A DNA stretch of 64,000 nucleotides from Gamaleyavirus NAN33P5: sequence record OZ035750.1, one strand, 5' to 3'. Made by a program: the position numbers and the translations under genes. Below, piece by piece: positions 51,399 to 60,659 of the stretch. The first letter of the stretch is position 1. Every line of letters starts with the position of its first letter. A model generated the notes under the pieces. The model was not told the DNA's origin, searched no databases, and saw only the letters and a program-made list of their open reading frames with translations.

Positions 51399-51743
51399 TT
51401 ACTTGGTTATAGAATCCAGATACTCTTCTGGGTCTTCGAAGTATCCGTCTTCTGTTTCAATATACCAATCTACCCAACGGTCATCCAATTCCATATCAAT
51501 AAGGTCTTGGTCAGTGAGGGACTCATCCCACACCTCAATACCGTTAGCATTAGCGTAATCGCCTTTGACATTGTTTTCGTACTGGAATAGGTCATAGTCT
51601 GCTAATGCATTCTTAATTTTAACAGCTTCCTGAAGACTATCAGTCTCTACATGGAATGCTTTCATTGGCACTTGAGGAATGTGCCATACACGCAATTTCT
51701 GTGTCATTTTTACTCTCCTATGGATACAAAAAAGCCCTCTCAA
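51399..51743 (-). CDS. hypothetical acidic protein
   Basis: 114-aa ORF; D/E/W/Y-rich. Confidence 0.45.
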   Translation of the reverse strand: MRGLFCIHRRVKMTQKLRVWHIPQVPMKAFHVETDSLQEAVKIKNALADYDLFQYENNVKGDYANANGIEVWDESLTDQDLIDMELDDRWVDWYIETEDGYFEDPEEYLDSITK

Positions 51744-51750
51744 GGAGGGC
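51727..51750 (-). terminator. rho-independent terminator (minus strand)
   Basis: GCCCTCC-TTGA-GAGGGC on minus strand followed by TTTTTTGT. Confidence 0.6.
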
Positions 51751-51773
51751 TATAATCACAAAAAGAAATACTA

Positions 51774-52607
51774 TTACTCTGCAACAGTAACTGCGATGGT
51801 TACATCGACAGTACCGTTGGTAACTACTACAGAAGTAGCATCACCAGCAGCCACTGGTTTAACCGTCAGTACGTTACCAGAAATGGTAGCTGTAGCACGG
51901 GCAGAATTTGGAGCAGTTTTAATAGACAAAGTACCAGCAGATGAACCAACAGGCATAGAAGCAATGGTTACTTTCTTACCAGCGGTAGTATCAGCAGCAA
52001 CAGACAGAGCCAGTGAAGCAGGAGTAGCTACCAGTGAGCTTGCTTCATAGTAACCTACAGCCAGCAACGAGGTATCTTCTACCGTGGTTCCATTGGCATC
52101 AGTAACAATCACTTTATAAGTACCAGCAGAAGCTGCTGTTACATTATTAAGGGTTAATGTTGCAGTAGCAGCAGACGGATTACTACTGGAAGCAATATCA
52201 GCAAATACTGCACCAGCAGTATCTGCTTTGAATTGCCACTTATAAGTAAATGGTGCTTTACCACCTGCTACATCAATATGCCAGTTAACCTTCTTGCCTT
52301 CGATGGCAGAGACTACACGAGGCAGTTTGGTAGCAACAGTCAGACGTGGAGTAGCTTTCATGTCGATGGTAACTGACTGCATATCCACAATGTTGTTAGG
52401 CCAGAAGCCCGCTTTAGTAGGGTCTTTAGCAGAGCGTTTGTACAACAGGTCACGAACACCGTGAAAGATAACTAAGCTATCAGGGTAAGTGGCATCCGGA
52501 TGTACAAAAGTACCTACTTCCACAGAACCACCTGGAACACTACCACCTGAATCCAGTACGGTAGCAACGTTGGTAGTTTTATTAAACGCAATCTTTAAGG
52601 TTGGCAT
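51774..52607 (-). CDS. Ig-like (bacterial Ig-like fold) domain protein
   Basis: T/S/A/V-rich beta-strand-like repeats (TATLTLNNVTAASAGTYKVIVTDANGT, TATISGNVLTVKPVAAGDATSVVVTNGTV); 277 aa. Confidence 0.35.
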   Translation of the reverse strand: MPTLKIAFNKTTNVATVLDSGGSVPGGSVEVGTFVHPDATYPDSLVIFHGVRDLLYKRSAKDPTKAGFWPNNIVDMQSVTIDMKATPRLTVATKLPRVVSAIEGKKVNWHIDVAGGKAPFTYKWQFKADTAGAVFADIASSSNPSAATATLTLNNVTAASAGTYKVIVTDANGTTVEDTSLLAVGYYEASSLVATPASLALSVAADTTAGKKVTIASMPVGSSAGTLSIKTAPNSARATATISGNVLTVKPVAAGDATSVVVTNGTVDVTIAVTVAE

Positions 52608-52663
52608 GCATGTATCCTCTTGAGTAAATATGCCTAATCATTATGAAGGCTGATAAAAAAGAA

Positions 52664-52693
52664 AGCCACCCTCAAGGGTGGCTAGTTGTTGAC
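52664..52693 (-). terminator. rho-independent terminator (minus strand)
   Basis: AGCCACCC-TTGA-GGGTGGCT followed by TTCTTTTTT on minus strand. Confidence 0.55.
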
Positions 52694-52900
52694 TTGGTAA
52701 ATCCAGTAAGCTATCCAACCGGCTAATACAAAACATCCGGCAGAGTACGCTCCATAGTAGCAGTAAGCAAATTTGGATTTGTGAGCATTAACTATTGTGA
52801 ATATCACAATAGCAGATAAAACTATCAGTACAGTTTTAGTAATAACATCATAGATGTCTGGCATGTTGACTACCTCCAAGCAAAAAATAAAAGGCCTCAC
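52682..52900 (-). CDS. small membrane protein
   Basis: 72 aa with two hydrophobic segments. Confidence 0.45.
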   Translation of the reverse strand: MRPFIFCLEVVNMPDIYDVITKTVLIVLSAIVIFTIVNAHKSKFAYCYYGAYSAGCFVLAGWIAYWIYQVNN

Positions 52901-52919
52901 TCCCGAAGGAATGAGGCCG
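52882..52919 (-). terminator. rho-independent terminator (minus strand)
   Basis: GGCCTCATTCC-TTCG-GGAGTGAGGCC followed by TTTTATTTTTT on minus strand. Confidence 0.6.
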
Positions 52920-53051
52920 ATTTATTAACACACTTTCACAGTCCAGCCTTTGTAAGCATCTATAAAGGCAATCCAGTCATCTTCTGACCATAGTCTAGAA
53001 CAAACTCCTGGGGCTTTGAATCTATATAAACTTTGTCTATAAGCTTCTTTT

Positions 53052-54269
53052 TTAGCTAAGGGCATAATCGGTCTCCAGAATGTCTTGCCAGAGGCTGTCA
53101 TCCAGCTTACCAGCAGAGAACTCTTGTCCCAGTACCTGAGAAAGGATGAAGCCCAGCAGGTCACTCTTAGCAATGTCAGACAGAATCTGATTGTACTGAC
53201 GACGCAGGTCATTACCATAGTTAGGATGACAACGGAAGCAGTCATGTACAGTCAGTACAGGGAACGGTTTCTTAGGCATAGTATCAATCATATCGGCTAC
53301 TACCTGACGGTCTACCAATGCAATAGTATTCGGGTCAAGGAAGTCTAGGATAGACAGCGACAGGAATCCTGATTTCTCATAATGATTCCAGATTTCCATA
53401 GTCTTCTCTTGGTTCCCTTCAATAACAGGGTATTCACTTGGCCCGATATTGCACAGTTCGCGTACATAGGCAACCAGTTTAGGGTCGTAGTTACAACGAC
53501 GCAACATCTCACGTACCACCATCCCATCAATAGAGTGGGTGATGTTAGCAGAGAGCATACGAGTCTTCTCTTCAGTACCCTGAACCATACGAGTGATGTC
53601 GAATGGTTTACCTAAGAAGTTAACGGTCTGTACTTCAGGAACCATGACTTTAATAACAGCGTGGTAGTTGTCAGGCAGTACCCATACGTAACGGTTAGCA
53701 TCCGGGTTACCACATTGCAGTAAGAACTTGTTCAGTGCCCAAGGTCCACTAGCAACAGTTTCCATTACATTCTCGAAAGTCTTGAGACGGATACCTTCAC
53801 CGAATACTTCTTTAGGCTTAGCTTCTGAACCGTAGAACGCAGTCATAACTGCCTGCTTGGTGTCACTACGTTTAATACGAGATGCTTCACCAAGGATGTC
53901 CAACATCTTATGGTAGATAACTGTATAAGCATCACGTCGTAATGGTTTACCATTCTCACCCATGTAGTTAACTACGTTACACAGTTCAGCAGCAGAACGG
54001 TCACCAGTCAGGCAAGCCAGTAACTGTAAGCCAGATGATGTAGCATCCAGAGCTACAGCGTAACCGATAGGCTTACCGGCTTTCATATCTTTCCATGCGT
54101 TTACACCAGCATAGAACAGTGCAGATTCTTCAGCTTCATCTACCAGATTGAGCAGGTTAGCTTCGTTCTCCTCGAACCAGTTAATACGTTCATCCCATGT
54201 CTTTTTATCTAAGCCATAGTTGTTAGCGATATCTACTTTCAGGTATTCACGAGCAGTTAGCAGTTGCAT
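53052..54269 (-). CDS. T7-like single-subunit RNA polymerase, catalytic (large) subunit of phage RNAP II
   Basis: 405 aa; C-terminal TVHDCFRCHPNYG resembles T7 RNAP motif C (HDSF); followed upstream by a second small subunit gene as in the N4 RNAP II heterodimer. Confidence 0.55.
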   Translation of the reverse strand: MQLLTAREYLKVDIANNYGLDKKTWDERINWFEENEANLLNLVDEAEESALFYAGVNAWKDMKAGKPIGYAVALDATSSGLQLLACLTGDRSAAELCNVVNYMGENGKPLRRDAYTVIYHKMLDILGEASRIKRSDTKQAVMTAFYGSEAKPKEVFGEGIRLKTFENVMETVASGPWALNKFLLQCGNPDANRYVWVLPDNYHAVIKVMVPEVQTVNFLGKPFDITRMVQGTEEKTRMLSANITHSIDGMVVREMLRRCNYDPKLVAYVRELCNIGPSEYPVIEGNQEKTMEIWNHYEKSGFLSLSILDFLDPNTIALVDRQVVADMIDTMPKKPFPVLTVHDCFRCHPNYGNDLRRQYNQILSDIAKSDLLGFILSQVLGQEFSAGKLDDSLWQDILETDYALS

Positions 54270-54476
54270 TTTATATTCCTTTTGCTTCTTGGCTCCCCAC
54301 TATGGAGAGCCTGCTTATTGGAGGGTTAGATAGTTACTACGTCGGCAGATAGTTTGTAAATAATGGTTTTATTCTTAGGGTTCTGAAGCTTGTAAAGCTT
54401 CTCAAAGTATAGGCACTTCACATACGTACCTGAGTAGATACACTCTTCATTAACCCATAACTCATAGGAGCCAATG

Positions 54477-55295
54477 TTAGTCTTCATTTACTAACTCCTT
54501 ATCAGCGAACTCCAGTACAGCTTTGTTGTAGCTGGTTCCCTGATAGTTGATGTGATAGCCCTGAGCGTAAGTACGCCCACGTTTGTCATATTTGTGACCC
54601 AGTGAGAAGTTATTGCCTTCCTGAGTCACTAACTCCATTACTTCCTTAGCAGTACGGCTGTACTTCTCAAAGGCTTTAACTCGTTTCTCATAGTCCTGAC
54701 GGGTTTCACCTTCTTTGGGTTTATCCATATTAGGACGAGAGTCTTTTACATAGTTGGCAACGTCCCAGTTAATGCAAAGACGTTGATTGTTCATACGGTT
54801 GATGTGGTCAAGGCAGACATCCATCTCATGATGGTTCTTCTTGAGGATAATGCTTCCTTTAGTCTGGTAGTAACCAGTATCCCTGTTAGTTCTGACAGGA
54901 TTGGGAGCACTTACAATAGGTAATGGATACTGGAATGCTTCCAGTTCCATCTGGACATCTTCGCTAATCTCATAGATAACACCGAACTTGTCGATAGTAG
55001 GGTCATAGTTGAAGCAGTCATTCTCTGCCATCTTATACAGACAGTCAGCGATATACTGAGCATCATCTGAGTGACTCATGAGAGAGCCAATCATAGTCTG
55101 AATGTCAGCACGTTTATGTAGGGCAATCTGCACCATTGCATCAATGAGCAGCTTATAATCAATTTCTAAATAGGCAGCGAATGCCTTAAAGTCAATTTCT
55201 TTGGAGTCCTCGAATTCCTTCCTCATGCGAGGCAGTAATTGATTTTTATTGAATAGGACTTCAAGCTGCTTCTGATGCTCAATAGATGAGTACAT
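54477..55295 (-). CDS. putative RNAP II small subunit (N-terminal part of split T7-like RNAP)
   Basis: 272-aa ORF directly upstream of the catalytic subunit gene; synteny-based. Confidence 0.4.
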   Translation of the reverse strand: MYSSIEHQKQLEVLFNKNQLLPRMRKEFEDSKEIDFKAFAAYLEIDYKLLIDAMVQIALHKRADIQTMIGSLMSHSDDAQYIADCLYKMAENDCFNYDPTIDKFGVIYEISEDVQMELEAFQYPLPIVSAPNPVRTNRDTGYYQTKGSIILKKNHHEMDVCLDHINRMNNQRLCINWDVANYVKDSRPNMDKPKEGETRQDYEKRVKAFEKYSRTAKEVMELVTQEGNNFSLGHKYDKRGRTYAQGYHINYQGTSYNKAVLEFADKELVNED

Positions 55296-55318
55296 CGCAT
55301 ATCTCCTAATAAATTAGT

Positions 55319-55573
55319 TTATCTAATAAAACAATTGAATTCATATTTGCCAATACTTTTATCGAAGTAGCAGCTTATAAATATACTCTTTGATACAACC
55401 TCTCTATGGGTAAACATCGATAATCTTACCCCTAGTACACTTACTTCTGAATATTGTAGAGTAGGGCTTGAAACAGTCATACGAATAAGATGTTTTAATA
55501 GATGATAATCTCTCCATTTTAATTGATGTTTTCTTTTTACAATCTCCCCAATGCTTACAGCAGTTGTATCCAT
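55319..55573 (-). CDS. small early-region hypothetical protein (start uncertain)
   Basis: 84-aa ORF; annotated ATG lies only 15 nt from the promoter hairpin, so true start may be internal. Confidence 0.3.
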   Translation of the reverse strand: MDTTAVSIGEIVKRKHQLKWRDYHLLKHLIRMTVSSPTLQYSEVSVLGVRLSMFTHREVVSKSIFISCYFDKSIGKYEFNCFIR

Positions 55574-55580
55574 TTTATAT

Positions 55581-55600
55581 CCCCAAAGCTGCGGAGCAGC
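55581..55600 (-). promoter_or_regulatory. vRNAP-type hairpin promoter candidate (drives leftward transcription)
   Basis: Plus (template) strand CCCCAAAG + GCTGC-GGA-GCAGC: conserved CCAAAG block followed by 5-bp stem, 3-nt purine loop. Confidence 0.5.
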
Positions 55601-55606
55601 TATTAC

Positions 55607-55867
55607 CTAACGCTTAGTCCAAAAGGCAATACGAATATTGTTCTCTTGGCCGAGGTAGTTAATACGTACATATAAACCATTGCCGCTAAATTCATTACTT
55701 TTTTCCCGATAAGGCCATACTAGACTACGCATAGGTATTTTAATGAAACCTGATATGTGACCTAACTTAGTACGACCTTTTAATTCGTTCTGTAATGCAC
55801 AATATATGTCATGCCGTGTTAGTGCTCTGGCTCTAACCTGAGCAGACCATAGTTCTTCATATGTCAT
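55607..55867 (-). CDS. small early hypothetical protein
   Basis: 86-aa ORF. Confidence 0.45.
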   Translation of the reverse strand: MTYEELWSAQVRARALTRHDIYCALQNELKGRTKLGHISGFIKIPMRSLVWPYREKSNEFSGNGLYVRINYLGQENNIRIAFWTKR

Positions 55868-56247
55868 TAGAAGATTCCCCAGTAGATATAGTCATCTCCC
55901 AGAATAGGCTTCCAGGCTTCGTCAAACATGACATTGCCGGTAGCATTGGCAAACATAGGAGCAATTTCTTCATCCTTATAGCCAGCCAAACCACAGCCAA
56001 TGCGAGTTACTTTAAAGTCCCACTCCGGGTGTGATGCTGCGTATAGGATGAAAGCATCTACGAATACTTTTATGTCATCCAGTTTCATGGTCTTTATGTT
56101 CTGGTCTTTGGTTGGGATTGCATAGCTGCAACCATAATGACCAACTCCCATTCCATAACGAGCACCATGCTTCTTATACGCAACTTTGGCTGCACCAGCT
56201 CCGTGACGTCCTGCTAAATTACTACCGAATACGAATATCTCTTTCAT
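55867..56247 (-). CDS. early protein with Gly-rich nucleotide-binding-like motif
   Basis: 126 aa; FVFGSNLAGRHGAGAAKVA glycine-rich loop; fold not assigned. Confidence 0.45.
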   Translation of the reverse strand: MKEIFVFGSNLAGRHGAGAAKVAYKKHGARYGMGVGHYGCSYAIPTKDQNIKTMKLDDIKVFVDAFILYAASHPEWDFKVTRIGCGLAGYKDEEIAPMFANATGNVMFDEAWKPILGDDYIYWGIF

Positions 56248-56444
56248 TTACAAGTCTCTCTATTATAAATATAAGCATCGTGTGTGGTCATATTGTTACA
56301 GTTACGTGTCATTTCTAAATAAGTAAGAGCATACTCATGATCACGCTGTTCTTTCTTGGTTCGGCAGTGACCACACTTCTTATCCCATTGGGATACATAG
56401 CCTTTACCACAATTACACTGTTTATTCATTTGAAAGTACTCCAT
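56244..56444 (-). CDS. small Cys-rich (zinc-ribbon-like) protein
   Basis: 66 aa with CNC...CGHC cysteine pairs. Confidence 0.4.
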   Translation of the reverse strand: MEYFQMNKQCNCGKGYVSQWDKKCGHCRTKKEQRDHEYALTYLEMTRNCNNMTTHDAYIYNRETCK

Positions 56445-56689
56445 GGTATGGATTCTAAGTAAGTAATTTTATAAATAATCTTACTTCTTAATTCTCCTCC
56501 AACATCTTGTACATGGATTAGGTTTAACCTTTGAGCTTGGGTTATAGTAGCTGCAAGAGTTCTCTGCATAATATTTGATATTTCTACAAAAGACTTATTA
56601 GATTCCACTAATAATTTTAAGTTAGTATTATCTAGATTATCCCATTCTTTGGAATGGTTCTTTGGCTTACCCATTAGGATTCTCCACAA
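56426..56689 (-). CDS. small early hypothetical protein
   Basis: 87-aa ORF. Confidence 0.4.
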   Translation of the reverse strand: MWRILMGKPKNHSKEWDNLDNTNLKLLVESNKSFVEISNIMQRTLAATITQAQRLNLIHVQDVGGELRSKIIYKITYLESIPWSTFK

Positions 56690-57047
56690 AGTAGTTATAC
56701 ATAGCCTGTACTAGCTTCTCTTTAATAACCTCACCATGACATGGTTTCGGATAACAGAAGCACTGTAAGGCCAGTCCTTTCTCGTCAATGGCTTTATTAC
56801 CCAGACGATTGAGTTCATCCAGTACAACTGGATTACCTTTATCAATCTGTTCTTGTAGCCAGACTTTATACTTAGCAATTACTTGCTCTCTGGTTCCATG
56901 TTTACCAATGACGAATGGATTTCCAAGAGGTGAACCACGTCCAATATACTCACCAGATTTACCGTGATGTTTATTAACAATAATAATTGGACGTGCAGAT
57001 ACACCCAGCAAAGCATTGGTGTTATCGCCTAATGGGATAGTTTTCAT
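56667..57047 (-). CDS. DUF4326-like early protein
   Basis: RGSPLGNPF ... LQCFCYPKPCHG pattern typical of the DUF4326 family common in phages. Confidence 0.3.
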   Translation of the reverse strand: MKTIPLGDNTNALLGVSARPIIIVNKHHGKSGEYIGRGSPLGNPFVIGKHGTREQVIAKYKVWLQEQIDKGNPVVLDELNRLGNKAIDEKGLALQCFCYPKPCHGEVIKEKLVQAMYNYFVENPNG

Positions 57048-57358
57048 GGTTTAAGTACCTGAAATGCGAATACTGGACGTTTACTACGCCACTGGTTCAT
57101 AGCTAATTCACTAGTTTCAGAACCATCATGTAAGTCATAAATAAATGAGATTACATAGTCTGGTTCTTCCGGGAAGTTCTCTGTAGAGAATGGTAAACCT
57201 GATTCCTTAAGGATAGGAACCAGAGGAGATTCAGCATTACAGTAGAGAGTAAACTCTTCATTGAATGCCTGGCTTGTTTGAGATACATAATCAATATTAC
57301 GCATCATTTTATCTACATCAGTAAATGTGGAATCATGAACCACTAGAATAGTTTTCAT
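57044..57358 (-). CDS. small early hypothetical protein
   Basis: 104-aa ORF. Confidence 0.45.
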   Translation of the reverse strand: MKTILVVHDSTFTDVDKMMRNIDYVSQTSQAFNEEFTLYCNAESPLVPILKESGLPFSTENFPEEPDYVISFIYDLHDGSETSELAMNQWRSKRPVFAFQVLKP

Positions 57359-57546
57359 ACTGGCTCCTTGCCTGTAAATGCTACCACTTTTCCTGACATA
57401 TTCCGTATGGTTACCTGTGCTGAATTAACATCAGCGAATTGCTCTGCAACCCAGTTAAGCATCTCAGGGTCATTATTTAATTGTTTTTTAATCATAGTTT
57501 TACTATCTGCTGTTACTAAAGTGATTTCATAATTTTCAATATTCAT
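57355..57546 (-). CDS. small early hypothetical protein
   Basis: 63-aa ORF. Confidence 0.4.
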   Translation of the reverse strand: MNIENYEITLVTADSKTMIKKQLNNDPEMLNWVAEQFADVNSAQVTIRNMSGKVVAFTGKEPV

Positions 57547-57800
57547 ATTACTTTCTCCAGTGTTAGGTAAACGTTATTATCGACAATACTCAAATCACAG
57601 AAACCAATTTCTTCTTGTCTCCCTGAGGATACCCAGATATTATTTTCTGTTAGCTTAGGTTTCTTAGAGAATCCTATTAGTGAGGTATTAGCACTCTTAT
57701 ACTGTCGAGTATATAGAGCTATATACTTAACCCAGTGAGGCACTTGGATAGTATGCCCCATATATTCTACGTTCTTGCCTGTAGGATATGTAATAATCAT
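57543..57800 (-). CDS. small early hypothetical protein
   Basis: 85-aa ORF. Confidence 0.4.
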   Translation of the reverse strand: MIITYPTGKNVEYMGHTIQVPHWVKYIALYTRQYKSANTSLIGFSKKPKLTENNIWVSSGRQEEIGFCDLSIVDNNVYLTLEKVI

Positions 57801-58018
57801 TTCTGATACCCTTGTATATAGTTAATACGACGAATACGTTGAGTAGATGCCTTAACAGCCATCTGTTGATTTTCTTCTTTGTGCTGATTATTTAATAACT
57901 TATCCCATTCTTCCTGGTTCCGTTGTTTCTGTAATATACGACTACAACGTTTATGATTGGCAACTCCACGCCCTTTCTTACAGACTGGGCATATACCATA
58001 ATCGTTTGAGTACATCAT
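57797..58018 (-). CDS. small Cys-containing (CxxC) early protein
   Basis: 73 aa; ICPVCKKG ... HKRCS. Confidence 0.4.
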   Translation of the reverse strand: MMYSNDYGICPVCKKGRGVANHKRCSRILQKQRNQEEWDKLLNNQHKEENQQMAVKASTQRIRRINYIQGYQK

Positions 58019-58323
58019 TGGCTTAAAGCCTCCATTAATATTTTACGAATAACGTTAACATCAGATTCAGTACCAATTAAACCAACAGGTTTCTTAGTAC
58101 TATCTGTTACAAAGGATGCAATCCTTTCCATCTCTGCTGTAATTAATTTGTCACCACTAATAAGACGATTACGAAGGTAGGCTTCATAAGCTACCTCTAT
58201 ATCCTCTACTGTGGTTCTTTCATTACGAGTGAATGGATTACTTAATGGGAAGGGCAAATGTACCCGTATATTCCTGTCAGCTACTTTAGCTAAGTGAGGA
58301 AGTATGCAAACTATTTCATTCAA
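58015..58323 (-). CDS. small early hypothetical protein
   Basis: 102-aa ORF. Confidence 0.45.
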   Translation of the reverse strand: MNEIVCILPHLAKVADRNIRVHLPFPLSNPFTRNERTTVEDIEVAYEAYLRNRLISGDKLITAEMERIASFVTDSTKKPVGLIGTESDVNVIRKILMEALSQ

Positions 58324-58360
58324 GATTATTTCTCCTATTTAAATACATATCTAACTATTC

Positions 58361-58400
58361 AAAAATAAAAAATAGGAGCCTCCTATTGGAGGACTCCTAG
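58361..58400 (-). terminator. hairpin cluster with U tract (minus strand), probable terminator
   Basis: TAGGA-GCC-TCCTA and GGAG..CTCC hairpins adjacent to AAAAATAAAAAAT on plus strand. Confidence 0.35.
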
Positions 58401-59045
58401 TTCTACTAATGCACATAGGATTAAAGTTATAGACCAGCCCATGTAAATGAATATGGGAAGTTGACTACACAATAATATACGAACCATAAACCATAGCCTA
58501 TGTTCAATCCCTTAGTTAATGCAGTAACATAACCAAATATTGCAAAACCTCTGGCATCGTTATTAGTAACAAAGGTTCAGGTACAGCAATACTATAAAGA
58601 TTATAAAGTACATGATTAATTCCCTAAGATTGGGTGATTGAAGGTAACAATCTTACGTACTGGTTCAGGTGTCTGTTGCTTAGAAGCCAGACGTTCTTTC
58701 ATCTTTTGTACGTCAGCTTTGGTTCCCATGATTAATGACTTACGCATGTTTAGTACTCCACATAAAGTTAAAAGGTTTGTTATTACGTACAATTCTTACA
58801 GCCATTTGATAGCCATTTAGTTGTACAACACCATAATGTCTCTTCTGGTTACCAGTATGGTTACGACGGAAGATACATTCTTCAATAGCAGCATTGATAT
58901 CAGTGAACACCATCGGCTTCTTTCATAGATTGGATACATTTATCAGCATGTTCACGAGCACGTTTAAGGTCATACTCGTTCACGGTTCCTAATATGGATT
59001 CAATCCATTGTTCATAGAAGTACAACCACATAGCTGAATAGTTCA

Positions 59046-59267
59046 TCATTGGTTCCTCTTTGCAAACTCTTTTGCTTGTTGCTTGTAGTACTGAGTCATT
59101 GCCTTCTTGTGTTTAACACTGGCAATGAGACACTCGATAGTAACGAATGGCAGCTTAGCAATAAGCAACCACTTATGACGAAATTTCCAGCCTAGAAAGT
59201 AGAAAATTACACAGAAAGCGATGAAGTCTAACATGGTTAATTCCTCTTTTAAGATAGCTCTAATCAT
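59046..59267 (-). CDS. small membrane protein
   Basis: 73 aa, hydrophobic segment FIAFCVIFYFLGW. Confidence 0.4.
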   Translation of the reverse strand: MIRAILKEELTMLDFIAFCVIFYFLGWKFRHKWLLIAKLPFVTIECLIASVKHKKAMTQYYKQQAKEFAKRNQ

Positions 59268-59758
59268 TTACCGTGACGTTCTGTATATCCATGATTCTTA
59301 ATAAAATCTTTAAGTATATTCTCACGGTAGCTTATGGCTAATTGCTTGGCAACTTCATAGCCATTCTTTTGTACACTGAAGCGTTTTTTACGCTGCTTAC
59401 CTGTAATAGGGTCTATCCATTGAGTACACCAATACTCAATGCCACTATCAATTCTATTGGTTACACCTGTAACACCTGAATTGTTGTTAGAGTAAATACT
59501 CTTATTCTTCATGTTTACTGCTTTTGGTATGCAACGTAGGTTAACTAACCTACAGTCCCAACGGATACCATTTACATGGTCTATCTCATACCCTTCAGGT
59601 ATAGCACCGTTGATTTGCTCCCAAATCCATACATGTAAAAGTACGGTTTTACCATCACGTTTTACATATATGTATCCATTGGTATGTGAGTCTTCAGCTG
59701 TATAACATTTAGCCAATTCTTGGGCAGATTTTAGCCAGTATCCTCTAGGTTTTCTCAT
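59264..59758 (-). CDS. HNH homing endonuclease (free-standing) with AP2-like domain
   Basis: HVWIWEQINGAIPEGYEIDHVNGIRWDCRLVNL HNH core; C-terminal SGVTGVTNRIDSGIEYWCTQW AP2-like; 164 aa. Confidence 0.7.
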   Translation of the reverse strand: MRKPRGYWLKSAQELAKCYTAEDSHTNGYIYVKRDGKTVLLHVWIWEQINGAIPEGYEIDHVNGIRWDCRLVNLRCIPKAVNMKNKSIYSNNNSGVTGVTNRIDSGIEYWCTQWIDPITGKQRKKRFSVQKNGYEVAKQLAISYRENILKDFIKNHGYTERHGK

Positions 59759-59823
59759 AGATACCTCTTAGTCTCTCTTCGTCGATTTACCCTATAAAAG
59801 TAGGAATAGCATTTAGTAAGTAG

Positions 59824-59852
59824 AAAATAAAAGGACTCCCCGAAGGGAGTCC
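59824..59852 (-). terminator. rho-independent terminator (minus strand)
   Basis: GGACTCCC-TTCG-GGGAGTCC on minus strand followed by TTTTATTTTC. Confidence 0.6.
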
Positions 59853-59861
59853 TGTGGTTGA

Positions 59862-60245
59862 TTAGAAAGTCAGTTTACGAGCATATTTATTCTCGTCTGC
59901 TGGGATGTCAGCAGCTTCTGCTTTCACACGACGAAGTTGAACTTGCAGGTTAATGATACCTTCTTCACCTGGTTCCAGGTTCTGAGCATATTCGATTAAC
60001 TGTTCCAGCAAATCGTTCTGTGCACAACGCATAGCACGGAAGTCAGCATTGCTGCTGTTAGTAGGCAGTGGTTCCTGAGTATCCAGTGGAATACCAGTAG
60101 GCAGAGAGATGAACTTCTCTTCTTCAGAACCTTCATTAGCAACATAACCAATGTTCAGCCAGAACTGAGCTTTAGGCTTAGCAGTTTTAGTTTCAGTGGT
60201 AGCAGCAGCGTTAGATTGACCGAAAGTGAATTTTTGAATAGACAT
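59862..60245 (-). CDS. early hypothetical protein
   Basis: ORF 59862-60344; start placed at internal ATG 60245 (MSIQKF) which has a GGAGAG RBS. Confidence 0.45.
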   Translation of the reverse strand: MSIQKFTFGQSNAAATTETKTAKPKAQFWLNIGYVANEGSEEEKFISLPTGIPLDTQEPLPTNSSNADFRAMRCAQNDLLEQLIEYAQNLEPGEEGIINLQVQLRRVKAEAADIPADENKYARKLTF

Positions 60246-60348
60246 TTTGTACTCTCCAGATTGATAAATGTTTGATTTATGGGTTTGTCCGTCGGTGACT
60301 AAACCCAAGAAAAGACTTAAGATTTCAATGATTAGTGGATGCATAAAT

Positions 60349-60370
60349 CATCCAAAAGCTGCAGAGCAGC
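60349..60370 (-). promoter_or_regulatory. vRNAP-type hairpin promoter candidate (drives leftward transcription)
   Basis: Plus strand CATCCAAAAG + GCTGC-AGA-GCAGC. Confidence 0.5.
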
Positions 60371-60378
60371 CCTAGTTT

Positions 60379-60606
60379 TTACTGACAGAAATCGTCCATC
60401 TTTCTGAATGAACGACGGAGCTTTCTTACTTGCTTACGAGTAGGTTTTACAGGGAAACTGTAATCCATAACCAAAGGCATCTTGGTTTCTTCGCATGATT
60501 CATAGAACCACAATTGCCATTCTGCTTTCGCAGGGAATGCACGTTGCTTACCAAATACTAGTTGCTGAGCACCACCAACGTAAATGAGGTCTGTATTGAT
60601 TTTCAT
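60379..60606 (-). CDS. small early hypothetical protein
   Basis: 75-aa ORF; AGGAG RBS 7 nt before ATG 60606; 34 nt downstream of promoter hairpin. Confidence 0.5.
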   Translation of the reverse strand: MKINTDLIYVGGAQQLVFGKQRAFPAKAEWQLWFYESCEETKMPLVMDYSFPVKPTRKQVRKLRRSFRKMDDFCQ

Positions 60607-60631
60607 TAGTAAACTCCTGAGTTAAAGGGAT

Positions 60632-60652
60632 ATCCAATAGATGCGGAGCATC
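60632..60652 (-). promoter_or_regulatory. vRNAP-type hairpin promoter candidate (drives leftward transcription)
   Basis: Plus strand ATCCAATAG + GATGC-GGA-GCATC. Confidence 0.5.
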
Positions 60653-60659
60653 TTGGTTT

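Noticed and set aside
52925-53245. 106-aa ORF overlapping the RNAP II catalytic subunit gene
   Set aside because: Most of it is out of frame within the RNAP gene; only the last ~46 codons (from ATG about 53065) could be an independent small gene, too uncertain to call
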